Shown: positions 17,950-24,887 of the stretch, one piece after another
Position numbering within the stretch: position 1 is the stretch's first letter
Layout: each line of letters opens with the position of its first letter
NCBI GenBank assembly: GCA_964424615.1
Contig: CAYRIU010000020.1
Location: 1 to 46,731 of the forward strand
DNA: 46,731 nucleotides
Direction: 5' to 3'
Source: an uncultured Gammaproteobacteria bacterium
GTDB taxonomy: Bacteria > Patescibacteriota > Patescibacteriia > UBA1558 > GWA2-36-10
The notes under the pieces: generated by a model
Databases searched by the model: none
What the model saw: the letters and a program-made list of their open reading frames with translations, nothing else
Told to the model about the DNA's origin: nothing
Position numbers and translations under genes: made by a program

Positions 17950-20406
17950 ATGGAAATTACTACCGAATTATTATTAATCATAGTTTTTTTAGCTTTATTG
18001 ACTTTGATTGTGATTAATATTTTGATTCGTCAAAATAAAAATAAAACCAACAAGAGTTTAAATTTATCTATTTTTTTGATCAAGATACCAAAATATACCA
18101 AAGATGAAAAAGAGGAGTTGTCAAAACAATATATAGAACAAACTCTCGGTAAGATTGAGAATTTTTTTGCTTCCCTCGCTGGTCTCAAAGAAGAAAAAGT
18201 ATTTTTTGGACAGCCAAAAGAGATTTTTTCTTTGGATATAGTTTCCAAAGATGGCTATATCAATTTTTATGCAGCCATACCCCAAAGATTCAAAGAATAT
18301 TTTATAGTGCAATTGCAGGCAGTCTACCCCAAGATTTATATGGAGGAGGTCACTGATTACAATATTTTTGAGGCTCACTCTAGTGTGGTAGCTGGCTATT
18401 TGAAATTTGGTGGTGATTATACTTTGCCTATCAAGACATATCGTAATTTTGAAAATGATCCCTTAGAAGGTATCACCAACAACATGAGCAAGCTAGTCGC
18501 TGGCGAAGGAGCAGCTATACAGTATGTTTTTCGTTCAGCTCCACACAAGTGGCACAAACGCGGTAGGACAGTAGCTCAAAAAATGCACAAAGGCTTGACT
18601 TATCAACAAGCCATGAAGGATGTTGGTGGAGTTGGTTTTTTACCAAAACTAGAAAAAACATTTGAGTTTGCTGCTACTTTTTTCAAAACCACTCCAAAGC
18701 CAGAAGAAAAGGCCAAAGAAATAGAAGAAAATAGACAGCCATTGTCTGCCATGGAGCAAGAAAGAGCCAAAGGACTAGAGGAAAAAACTTCCAAAGCTGG
18801 TCTGGAGGTCAATATCCGTTTGGTAGTATCTAGTGCCAACGAACTAAGATCAAGAGCTATTTTAGCTGATATTTTGAATAGTTATAATCAATACAATATT
18901 TATGAATTTGGCAATCGTTTTCAAGCAGTAGTACCCAGACATCCTGCCAAAATAGTAGAGCATTTGATTTATCACCACTTTGCACCTAATCAGCGTTTGC
19001 TTTTGAACTCCGAAGAGATGGTCAGTGTCATGCATCTGCCACTACCGACTACAGAGACTCCAAATATAGATTGGCTAGAGGCTACCAAAGCTTCTCCGCC
19101 TATGAATATGCCCACTACTGGTATTGTGCTTGGTAAAAATATTTATCGCGGTCGAGAGACTATGGTGCGCATCAAAGCAGAAGATCGTCGTCGCCACATG
19201 TATGAGATTGGTATGACTGGTACTGGTAAATCTGTTTTGATGGAGAGTCTGATCAAGCAGGACATCGAGGCTGGTAATGGCTTGTGTCTCATCGATCCGC
19301 ATGGTGAGCTGGCTGACAAAGCTTTGAGTCATGTGCCAAAATCTAGAGTAGAGGATGTCATTTATTTTAATCCAGCTGATATTGAGCGACCAGTGGCTAT
19401 GAATATGCTGGAGTATGATACAGAAGAACAAAAGACTTTTGTCATCAACGAAATGATTGCCATCTTTGATAAACTTTATGATTTGAGATCTACTGGTGGT
19501 CCGATGTTTGAGCAATACATGCGCAATGCTATGTTGCTAGTCATGGACGACAAGGATTCTGGGGCTACTCTACTAGAAGTGCCTAGAGTTTTGTCTGATG
19601 AAAGCTATCGTAAATTCAAACTCTCTAAAGTAAAAAATAGATTGGTCAAAGATTTTTGGGAAAAGGAAGCACAAAAAGCTGGCGGTGAAGCATCACTCGC
19701 TAATATGGTGCCATATATTACTAGTAAACTGACACCATTTATCTCCAATGACACTATCAGACCAATCATTGCCCAGCAAAAAAGCGCCTTCAATTTTAGA
19801 GAGGCTATGGATAATAAAAAAATTATTATTATCAATTTATCCAAAGGTAAAATTGGCGAGATGAACAGCAACCTTTTGGGTATGATAGTGATCGGCAAAC
19901 TATTATTTGCCTCTATGAGTAGAGTGGATGTCCCTGAGGAAGAGCGCAATGATTATTATCTCTACATAGATGAATTCCAGAATTTTATGACTGATACTAT
20001 TGGTATTATTTTGTCAGAAGCCAGAAAGTATCGTTTGAATTTAATTTTGGCTCATCAATACATAGCTCAGCTAGTCAAAAATAATGACACCAAGATCAGA
20101 GATGCTATTTTTGGTAATATTGGCACCCTGATATCCTATCGCATAGGTGTAGAAGATGCTGAGATGATAGCCAAGCAGATGGCTCCGGTTGTATCGGTCT
20201 ATGATTTGGTCAACATGCCAAAATATACCTGCTATATCAAGTTATTGATTGATAATGCCAATCCACCAGCTTTTAACTTTAATCCTATTTTACCAGAGCG
20301 TGGTAATTTGGAATTAGCAGAAGCCATAAAGCAATTATCTAGGCTAAAATATGGTCGAGAAAGAAAGATTGTGGAAGCCGAAGTAATGGATCGGGTGATA
20401 ATATAA
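17950..20406 (+). CDS. Membrane-anchored TraD/VirD4/TrwB-like (type IV coupling protein-like) P-loop ATPase with a large N-terminal domain
   Basis: N-terminal TM helix. Walker A is in RRRHMYEIGMTGTGKSVLMESLIKQDIEAGNGLCLIDPHGEL and Walker B in YYLYIDEFQNF, followed by ARKYRLNLILAHQY. The N-terminal ~400 aa are homologous to the separate ORF at 33814 and the C-terminal ~420 aa to the ORF at 35318. Confidence 0.75.
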   Translation: MEITTELLLIIVFLALLTLIVINILIRQNKNKTNKSLNLSIFLIKIPKYTKDEKEELSKQYIEQTLGKIENFFASLAGLKEEKVFFGQPKEIFSLDIVSKDGYINFYAAIPQRFKEYFIVQLQAVYPKIYMEEVTDYNIFEAHSSVVAGYLKFGGDYTLPIKTYRNFENDPLEGITNNMSKLVAGEGAAIQYVFRSAPHKWHKRGRTVAQKMHKGLTYQQAMKDVGGVGFLPKLEKTFEFAATFFKTTPKPEEKAKEIEENRQPLSAMEQERAKGLEEKTSKAGLEVNIRLVVSSANELRSRAILADILNSYNQYNIYEFGNRFQAVVPRHPAKIVEHLIYHHFAPNQRLLLNSEEMVSVMHLPLPTTETPNIDWLEATKASPPMNMPTTGIVLGKNIYRGRETMVRIKAEDRRRHMYEIGMTGTGKSVLMESLIKQDIEAGNGLCLIDPHGELADKALSHVPKSRVEDVIYFNPADIERPVAMNMLEYDTEEQKTFVINEMIAIFDKLYDLRSTGGPMFEQYMRNAMLLVMDDKDSGATLLEVPRVLSDESYRKFKLSKVKNRLVKDFWEKEAQKAGGEASLANMVPYITSKLTPFISNDTIRPIIAQQKSAFNFREAMDNKKIIIINLSKGKIGEMNSNLLGMIVIGKLLFASMSRVDVPEEERNDYYLYIDEFQNFMTDTIGIILSEARKYRLNLILAHQYIAQLVKNNDTKIRDAIFGNIGTLISYRIGVEDAEMIAKQMAPVVSVYDLVNMPKYTCYIKLLIDNANPPAFNFNPILPERGNLELAEAIKQLSRLKYGRERKIVEAEVMDRVII

Positions 20407-20527
20407 ATTTGGCTAATATTAGCTAAATATTATAGTAAATAAAAAAATTAAACCTTGTTGCCAAAATTATTTTTTTGTGGTAATTTTATAGCAGAAATAA
20501 AGATTTGAGAGCGAAACAAAAATAAAA

Positions 20528-21106
20528 ATGTCAAACGTTAAAAAAATTAAAGAATTAGAGTCCTTAATATACTCTTTGGAATTGGAGCTCAAAAAAACCA
20601 AGCTCATCATGGGTGAGTTGACTGGTGAAAAGGGCAAAAAAGCTGTGGATTATACACTGCGAGCCAGTGACCTCAATCAAGACGATGAAAATGAAAATGG
20701 CGTAGTAGTTGAAGGTATTTTCAATGGTCAGATTATGATCGGTCCTGATGGCAAGCAGTATTCTGTACCAGCCAACTACGCTTCCAAATCCAAGCTAGTA
20801 GAAGGTGATATTTTAAAACTAACTATTGACCGTAGCGGAGCCTTTATCTTCAAGCAAATCTCACCAGTAGAACGCAGTCGTTTGGTCGGTAGATTGGTCA
20901 AAGATAATAATTTAGGAGAATTTGTTGTTTTGGCTGGCGATAAAATTTATCGTATCTTGATGGCTAGTATTACTTATTTCAAGGGCGAAGAAGGTGATGA
21001 AGTAGTTATTTTGGCACCCAAAGATCATGATGGTACTTGGGCAGCCGTAGAAAATGTAATTAAAAGTAAAAAAAATAAATTCGACGACGTGGAAATAGAT
21101 TTTTAG
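20528..21106 (+). CDS. Hypothetical protein (192 aa), coiled-coil N-terminus plus two short beta-rich repeats
   Basis: Clean ORF with an internal repeat pattern (YSVPANYASKSKLVEGDILKL / YRILMASITYFKGEEGDEVVIL). No family recognised. Confidence 0.6.
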   Translation: MSNVKKIKELESLIYSLELELKKTKLIMGELTGEKGKKAVDYTLRASDLNQDDENENGVVVEGIFNGQIMIGPDGKQYSVPANYASKSKLVEGDILKLTIDRSGAFIFKQISPVERSRLVGRLVKDNNLGEFVVLAGDKIYRILMASITYFKGEEGDEVVILAPKDHDGTWAAVENVIKSKKNKFDDVEIDF

Positions 21107-21113
21107 GCCAAAT

Positions 21114-22619
21114 ATGCACTCGGAAGTCATTTACAGAAAATATCGGCCAAAAACATTCAAAGAAGTAGTTGGCCAGAGGCCTATAAAAATCACTCTAGAA
21201 AATGAGATACTCTCTGGTCAGGTAGCACATGCTTATTTGTTTGTTGGACCGAGAGGTACGGGCAAAACCACAATCGCTAGATTGCTTGCCCGTTCTTTAA
21301 ATTGTACAAATAAAAAAGAAAAAACTGCTGAACCATGCAATGAATGTAGTACTTGTCGCCAGATAAACAACAATCAGTCTATGGACATCATAGAGATTGA
21401 TGCTGCTTCTAATACTGGCGTTGATAATGTCCGTGATAATATTATCACCAATGCTCAAGTGCCAGCATTTAGCAAAGATGGCTATAAGATCTTTATCATC
21501 GATGAGGTGCACATGCTGTCCAAGTCGGCTTTCAATGCACTACTCAAGACTTTGGAAGAGCCACCAGCTAGAGTTGTATTTGTCTTGGCTACTACTGAGG
21601 TACACAAAGTACCACAGACCATAATCTCTCGTTGCCAAAGGTTTGATTTTAAAAAATTAACCCAAAATGAAATTTTAGGCAGGCTATCAGAGATTGTAGA
21701 GTGGGAAAAAACCATAATACCAGAACATATTTTGACTGAGATTGCTCGTCGAGCTGATGGTGGTATGCGTGATGCGGAGTCACTTTTGGGTCAGATTATA
21801 TCACTGGGCGATGGCAAGGTTGATGATGATTTAGCTTCGATAGTTTTGCCACGCAGCAATTGGAAAGAAATAGACGAATTAACTGGCGCACTAAAAGTGC
21901 AAAATTTGGGTGCGGCTTTGAATCAGATAAATAAATTAGTCAACGAAGGCGTGGATCTCAAAATGTTTATAGAAGATTTGTTGGAGTATCTGCGTCAGAT
22001 CATGTTGGTTGGAGTGGTTGGTGCTAGTTGGCAGATCGATGAAACAGTAGAGATCAAAGAAGCTATCACTACTCATGCTAGAGACTGGTCTACTACTGAT
22101 TTATCTAGATTGATAAATATTATTTTAGCTAAGCTCAGTATCAAAGATACTTTGGTAGAGCAATTACCTTTGGAATTGGCTTGTGTAGAATATCTTCTCA
22201 AAAAATCTACTGATATTCATATGAGCAAAAATACCAATGAAGTAGCCAGTGATGAGTCAGTAGTACCAAAAATTACTATTAGTGCTGAGGCTAGCAATTA
22301 TCACGTCTGGCAGCAGGTGATAGAGGAATTGCGTAAAATCAACAAATCTTTGGCTGTACTTTTGCAACATAGTCACCCTTTAAAACTAGATGATAAATAT
22401 ATCGTTGTTGGTTTACAGTATAGTTTTCATTTGGATCAGCTCAATAAAGCAGCTGTCAAAAACTCTATTAGCGATGTGATACAAAAGGTTACTAATAATA
22501 AACTTCTGTTAGATTTTATTATTGATGATGATTTTGCACAAAACCATCAAATATTCAAAGGCAAAAATGAAAAAGAAGTAGAGGATATTATTGATGCTTT
22601 TGGGGGAGAATTGATATGA
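21114..22619 (+). CDS. dnaX: DNA polymerase III subunit gamma/tau
   Basis: YRPKTFKEVVGQ, Walker A GPRGTGKTT, zinc module CNECSTCRQI, Walker B IIDEVHMLS and sensor SRCQRFDF. Confidence 0.93.
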   Translation: MHSEVIYRKYRPKTFKEVVGQRPIKITLENEILSGQVAHAYLFVGPRGTGKTTIARLLARSLNCTNKKEKTAEPCNECSTCRQINNNQSMDIIEIDAASNTGVDNVRDNIITNAQVPAFSKDGYKIFIIDEVHMLSKSAFNALLKTLEEPPARVVFVLATTEVHKVPQTIISRCQRFDFKKLTQNEILGRLSEIVEWEKTIIPEHILTEIARRADGGMRDAESLLGQIISLGDGKVDDDLASIVLPRSNWKEIDELTGALKVQNLGAALNQINKLVNEGVDLKMFIEDLLEYLRQIMLVGVVGASWQIDETVEIKEAITTHARDWSTTDLSRLINIILAKLSIKDTLVEQLPLELACVEYLLKKSTDIHMSKNTNEVASDESVVPKITISAEASNYHVWQQVIEELRKINKSLAVLLQHSHPLKLDDKYIVVGLQYSFHLDQLNKAAVKNSISDVIQKVTNNKLLLDFIIDDDFAQNHQIFKGKNEKEVEDIIDAFGGELI

Positions 22620-22648
22620 TTGACTTAATGTTTTAATTGTAATATTAT
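22620..22648 (+). promoter_or_regulatory. Sigma-70-type promoter of the tRNA-Gln transcription unit
   Basis: TTGACT (22620-22625), a 17-nt spacer, then TATTAT (22643-22648). The predicted start is near A22655, only ~6 nt before the first tcgggga. Confidence 0.65.
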
Positions 22649-22654
22649 TTTTCC

Positions 22655-22809
22655 AGCCATTCGGGGATCGCCCGCCCGGCAACGCCGTTGGCGTAGCCAT
22701 GGCGGACGGGTCTAATGGCCCCGCAAATTCGCTTACGCTCATAACGGGGCAAGTATTCAAAAGAATAAATATTTGCTGCGTAGTGGTCATAAGTGCAAAT
22801 CGCATTTAT
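22655..22809 (+). other. GC-rich 5' leader of the tRNA-Gln unit; opens with a copy of the tRNA 5' end (degenerate tRNA-like segment?)
   Basis: attcggggatcg at 22659-22670 is identical to 22808-22819, the start of the tRNA. It contains the hairpins acgcc-gtt-ggcgt and gccccg...cggggc. No credible ORF. Confidence 0.5.
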
Positions 22810-22883
22810 TCGGGGATCGTCTAACGGTAGGACGCCAGGTTCTGGCCCTGGTAATTGGGGTTCAAATCCCTATCCCCGAGCCA
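22810..22883 (+). tRNA. tRNA-Gln (anticodon CTG)
   Basis: Hand-folded cloverleaf. Acceptor stem tcgggga/tccccga (U1-A72), D stem gtct/ggac with an aacggta loop, anticodon stem ccagg/cctgg with loop ttCTGgc, T arm tgggg-ttcaaat-cccta, discriminator G and an encoded CCA. Confidence 0.9.
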
Positions 22884-22957
22884 ACCTTCGCCAAGGCTAC
22901 GGTTGGCCTGTGGCCAAGAAGGTGAGACGCTAGCCAATAGCACAGCGCCCCGAGCCA
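22884..22957 (+). other. GC-rich 3' trailer of the tRNA-Gln unit; ends with a second copy of the tRNA 3' end (ccccgagcca)
   Basis: ccccgagcca at 22948-22957 duplicates 22874-22883. cgccaaggctacg (22889-22901) is complementary (12 of 13) to cgtagccatggcg (22692-22704) in the leader. There is a local hairpin ttggcc-tgt-ggccaa (22903-22917). Confidence 0.5.
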
Positions 22958-23027
22958 ATTTTACGAAGTAAAAAAGGATATAGTCCTTTTTTTGTTTATT
23001 AAAAAAATTTGCCATATTTTTTCCACT

Positions 23028-23046
23028 TGCTATAATAAAAAGCATG
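23028..23046 (+). promoter_or_regulatory. Extended -10 promoter with leaderless-type spacing
   Basis: TGcTATAAT (23028-23036), 7 nt, then the ATG at 23044. No SD. Confidence 0.55.
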
Positions 23047-23565
23047 AAAAAGGTAATTATCGGCATTGGCATACCAGGTTCTGGCAAAACCACTGTGCTC
23101 AAGGATTTTGCAGAAAAATATAATTATATTTATATCTGTCCGGATGAGATCAGGATGGAAATGCTTGGCGATGCTGCTGATCAATCAAAAAATAGTGAAG
23201 TTTGGGCAGAGGCTCATCAAAGAATGAGGGATTTTTTAGCTCAAGGCCAAACTGTTGTTTTTGACGCAACCTTTACTAATGCCAATGGTCGTAAAAATTT
23301 TTTGGACCTTGCTAGACAAAGTGGAGCCGAAAAAATACAGGGTATTTTATTTGATACACCACTGGAAATTGCTCAAGAAAGAAACTTAAGTAGAGAACGC
23401 CAAGTGCCAGAACATGCCATGCAAAGAATGCACAATGATCTGCAAAAAGATAAACCATCTCTTGAAGATGGTTTGGATGCTATATTTACACTCAATGAAT
23501 ATCAGGACTTAGTCAATGTTGAGAGAGCTGAAAATACCCAAAAGGATTTTAAGAAAAATCGTTAA
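23044..23565 (+). CDS. Small P-loop kinase (AAA_33/polynucleotide-kinase-like ATP-binding protein)
   Basis: The N-terminal P-loop is IGIGIPGSGKTT. It also has ...VVFDATFTN..R, at 173 aa, the size and layout of AAA_33 kinases. Confidence 0.65.
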   Translation: MKKVIIGIGIPGSGKTTVLKDFAEKYNYIYICPDEIRMEMLGDAADQSKNSEVWAEAHQRMRDFLAQGQTVVFDATFTNANGRKNFLDLARQSGAEKIQGILFDTPLEIAQERNLSRERQVPEHAMQRMHNDLQKDKPSLEDGLDAIFTLNEYQDLVNVERAENTQKDFKKNR

Positions 23566-23580
23566 ATTAATTTATAAAAT

Positions 23581-24237
23581 ATGTTTGCAAAAAATACTTG
23601 GTTAAAAATAGGCGGAGGAGTATTGTTGTTAGCCTTAGTTGTTTGGTTATTTTTTATTAAACTAAACCAAGCAGCCGTAGCTCCTGAAAATAAAAATTTA
23701 AATACTAATACACTAGATAAACCAGCTTCTTTGGAAGCTACAGATTTATCTATAACAGAAACTAAAATGACAACTGTAAAAATAGAAACAAGTAAAGGCG
23801 ATATTACTTTGGAGTTATTTGATAATGATGCTCCCAAGACAGTGGAAAATTTTGTGACTCTAGCTAAAAAAGGTTTTTATGACGGTGTGATATTTCATCG
23901 CGTGATTTCTGGCTTTATGATCCAGGGTGGCGATCCGACTGGCACGGGCAGAGGTGGTCCTGGCTATCAGTTTGCTGATGAGCTCAATCCAAGTACAGAG
24001 TCATACAAGCGTGGATATGTCCGAGGCACTCTAGCTATGGCCAATGCTGGACCAAACACCAATGGCAGTCAGTTTTTCATCATGCATCAAGATTATCCAT
24101 TGGATCACAACTATACTATCTTTGGTCGCGTAGTAAGTGGTATAGAAGTAGTAGATGCTATAGCCTCTAGTAAAACAGATGCCAATGACAGACCACTAGA
24201 AGAAGTTAAAATGAAAAAGGTTTCTGTGATAGAATAA
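23581..24237 (+). CDS. Cyclophilin-type peptidyl-prolyl cis-trans isomerase with an N-terminal membrane anchor
   Basis: FVTLAKKGFYDGVIFHRVISGFMIQGGDPTGTGRGGPGYQFADE...GTLAMANAGPNTNGSQFFI is the cyclophilin core. An N-terminal hydrophobic helix is present. Confidence 0.92.
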   Translation: MFAKNTWLKIGGGVLLLALVVWLFFIKLNQAAVAPENKNLNTNTLDKPASLEATDLSITETKMTTVKIETSKGDITLELFDNDAPKTVENFVTLAKKGFYDGVIFHRVISGFMIQGGDPTGTGRGGPGYQFADELNPSTESYKRGYVRGTLAMANAGPNTNGSQFFIMHQDYPLDHNYTIFGRVVSGIEVVDAIASSKTDANDRPLEEVKMKKVSVIE

Positions 24238-24251
24238 AAATATATAAAATT

Positions 24252-24280
24252 AGACCCCCTATACAATAGGGGGTCTTTTT
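24252..24280. terminator. Bidirectional GC-rich intrinsic terminator shared by the PPIase gene (+) and the GC-rich gene (-)
   Basis: A 9-bp stem pairs agaccccct with agggggtct (24252-24260/24268-24276) around a 7-nt loop. TTTT follows on the + strand and an A/T run on the other side. Confidence 0.75.
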
Positions 24281-24307
24281 GCTCTTGTGGGAGCTTCGCG
24301 TAGCGCT

Positions 24308-24742
24308 TTAGGCGCCGCTGTGCATGAGTTCCTGAAGGGCAGCCTTGATCAAAGTCAAGGCTTCATCATGGCCGCTGAAGACGACGTGCCGGATGACAGC
24401 CGGGTTACCCCTGGCCATACGGGACACGGGACGACCATCGTCTTCATAGAGCAGGATCAGGGGTACGCCCTCGTAGTTGTCAATCTCCAGTTCGGCGCCA
24501 ACACCCAGAGACGGGACACCCACGTAGGCGATCACCAGATCAGCGATTTTGACCTGATGACTGTCCATCTCGTAGACCTGTTGCGGACTCAGGCCGGCGT
24601 GCTTCTGGGGGTCGGAGTTCAGATGGGGGACGTAGGCTTCGTGACCAAGATCGCTACATGCTTCAGCCAGCCGCTCGTAAAAGCTCTTGAGTTCTACGAT
24701 GTTCGGTACGCCGGTCAAGGCGCCAGAGATGTAGATCTTCAC
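24308..24742 (-). CDS. Nucleoside 2-deoxyribosyltransferase superfamily protein, DNPH1/Rcl-like (2'-deoxynucleoside 5'-phosphate N-hydrolase-like)
   Basis: MKIYISGALTG...ADLVIAYVGVPSLGVGAELE...PVSRMARG resembles the DNPH1/Rcl pattern (IYF.GSIRGG...ADVVVAEVTQPSLGVGYELG...LSAMIRGA) as I remember it. It has a GTG start preceded by aaaGGAGcaagta. Strongly GC-rich (about 55-60% by eye) and on the opposite strand to all neighbours. Confidence 0.6.
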   Translation of the reverse strand: MKIYISGALTGVPNIVELKSFYERLAEACSDLGHEAYVPHLNSDPQKHAGLSPQQVYEMDSHQVKIADLVIAYVGVPSLGVGAELEIDNYEGVPLILLYEDDGRPVSRMARGNPAVIRHVVFSGHDEALTLIKAALQELMHSGA

Positions 24743-24799
24743 TACTTGCTCCTTTGGACAGGGTGATTGGTGGTGGGACAGAACAAAACTATTCCTCGT

Positions 24800-24828
24800 A
24801 ATATAATATTTTATATTATTATTGTCAA
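24800..24828 (-). promoter_or_regulatory. Promoter of the GC-rich minus-strand gene
   Basis: On the minus strand: TTGACA (24828-24823), a 17-nt spacer, then TATATT (24805-24800). This implies a ~50-nt GC-rich 5' UTR. It sits back to back with the typA promoter. Confidence 0.6.
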
Positions 24829-24850
24829 TTTATCTTTTTGCTAAAAAACC

Positions 24851-24879
24851 TTGCCAAGAATGATATTTTCTGGTATTAT
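24851..24879 (+). promoter_or_regulatory. typA promoter (extended -10)
   Basis: TTGCCA (24851-24856), a 17-nt spacer, then TGgTATTAT (24871-24879). The ATG at 24888 lies 8 nt after the -10 element. Confidence 0.55.
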
Positions 24880-24887
24880 ATGTGCCT

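Noticed and set aside
17950-20406. Several long antisense ORFs inside the ATPase genes (e.g. 19075-19515 at 146 aa and 19605-19949 at 114 aa; also 34980-35518 in the second module)
   Set aside because: They lie entirely within well-supported sense genes. They have no start signals, and their translations are compositionally odd and low-complexity. I treat them as chance ORFs.
20412-20423. Perfect 12-nt palindrome gctaatattagc after the 818-aa ATPase gene, and ggcaa-ata-ttgcc at 33768-33780 upstream of the split module, as a shared operator
   Set aside because: The two sites share only a generic GC-AATATT-GC shape. AATATT-centred palindromes are common in AT-rich DNA, and I see no further copies or a linked regulator.
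22196-22226. Possible dnaX -1 frameshift site (ctC AAA AAA tct; the -1 frame stops after 6 codons) producing a gamma-like short product
   Set aside because: The position after domain III is suggestive. However, the heptamer is C AAA AAA, not A AAA AAG. There is no upstream SD-like stimulator or downstream hairpin. In this AT-rich genome, off-frame stops occur within a few codons almost everywhere.
22655-22960. The tRNA-Gln flanks, or RNA 1/RNA 2 at 40510-41080, as tmRNA, SRP RNA or 5S rRNA
   Set aside because: I found no GGGG...UCCACCA tRNA-Ala-like ends, T-arm (GGUUCRAnUCC) or plausible tag ORF ending in hydrophobic residues for tmRNA. There is no GGAA-tetraloop/AGCA domain IV motif for SRP. 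Short similarities to 5S (AACGCCGT; CnGAAC...AAACGC) do not extend to the three-helix 5S layout. A covariance-model scan is still needed.
24287-24766. 159-aa + strand ORF across the first GC-rich cassette
   Set aside because: It is the antisense shadow of the minus-strand DNPH1-like gene; long antisense ORFs are expected in GC-rich DNA. It has no recognisable motifs, no SD and no promoter, whereas the minus-strand ORF has all three.
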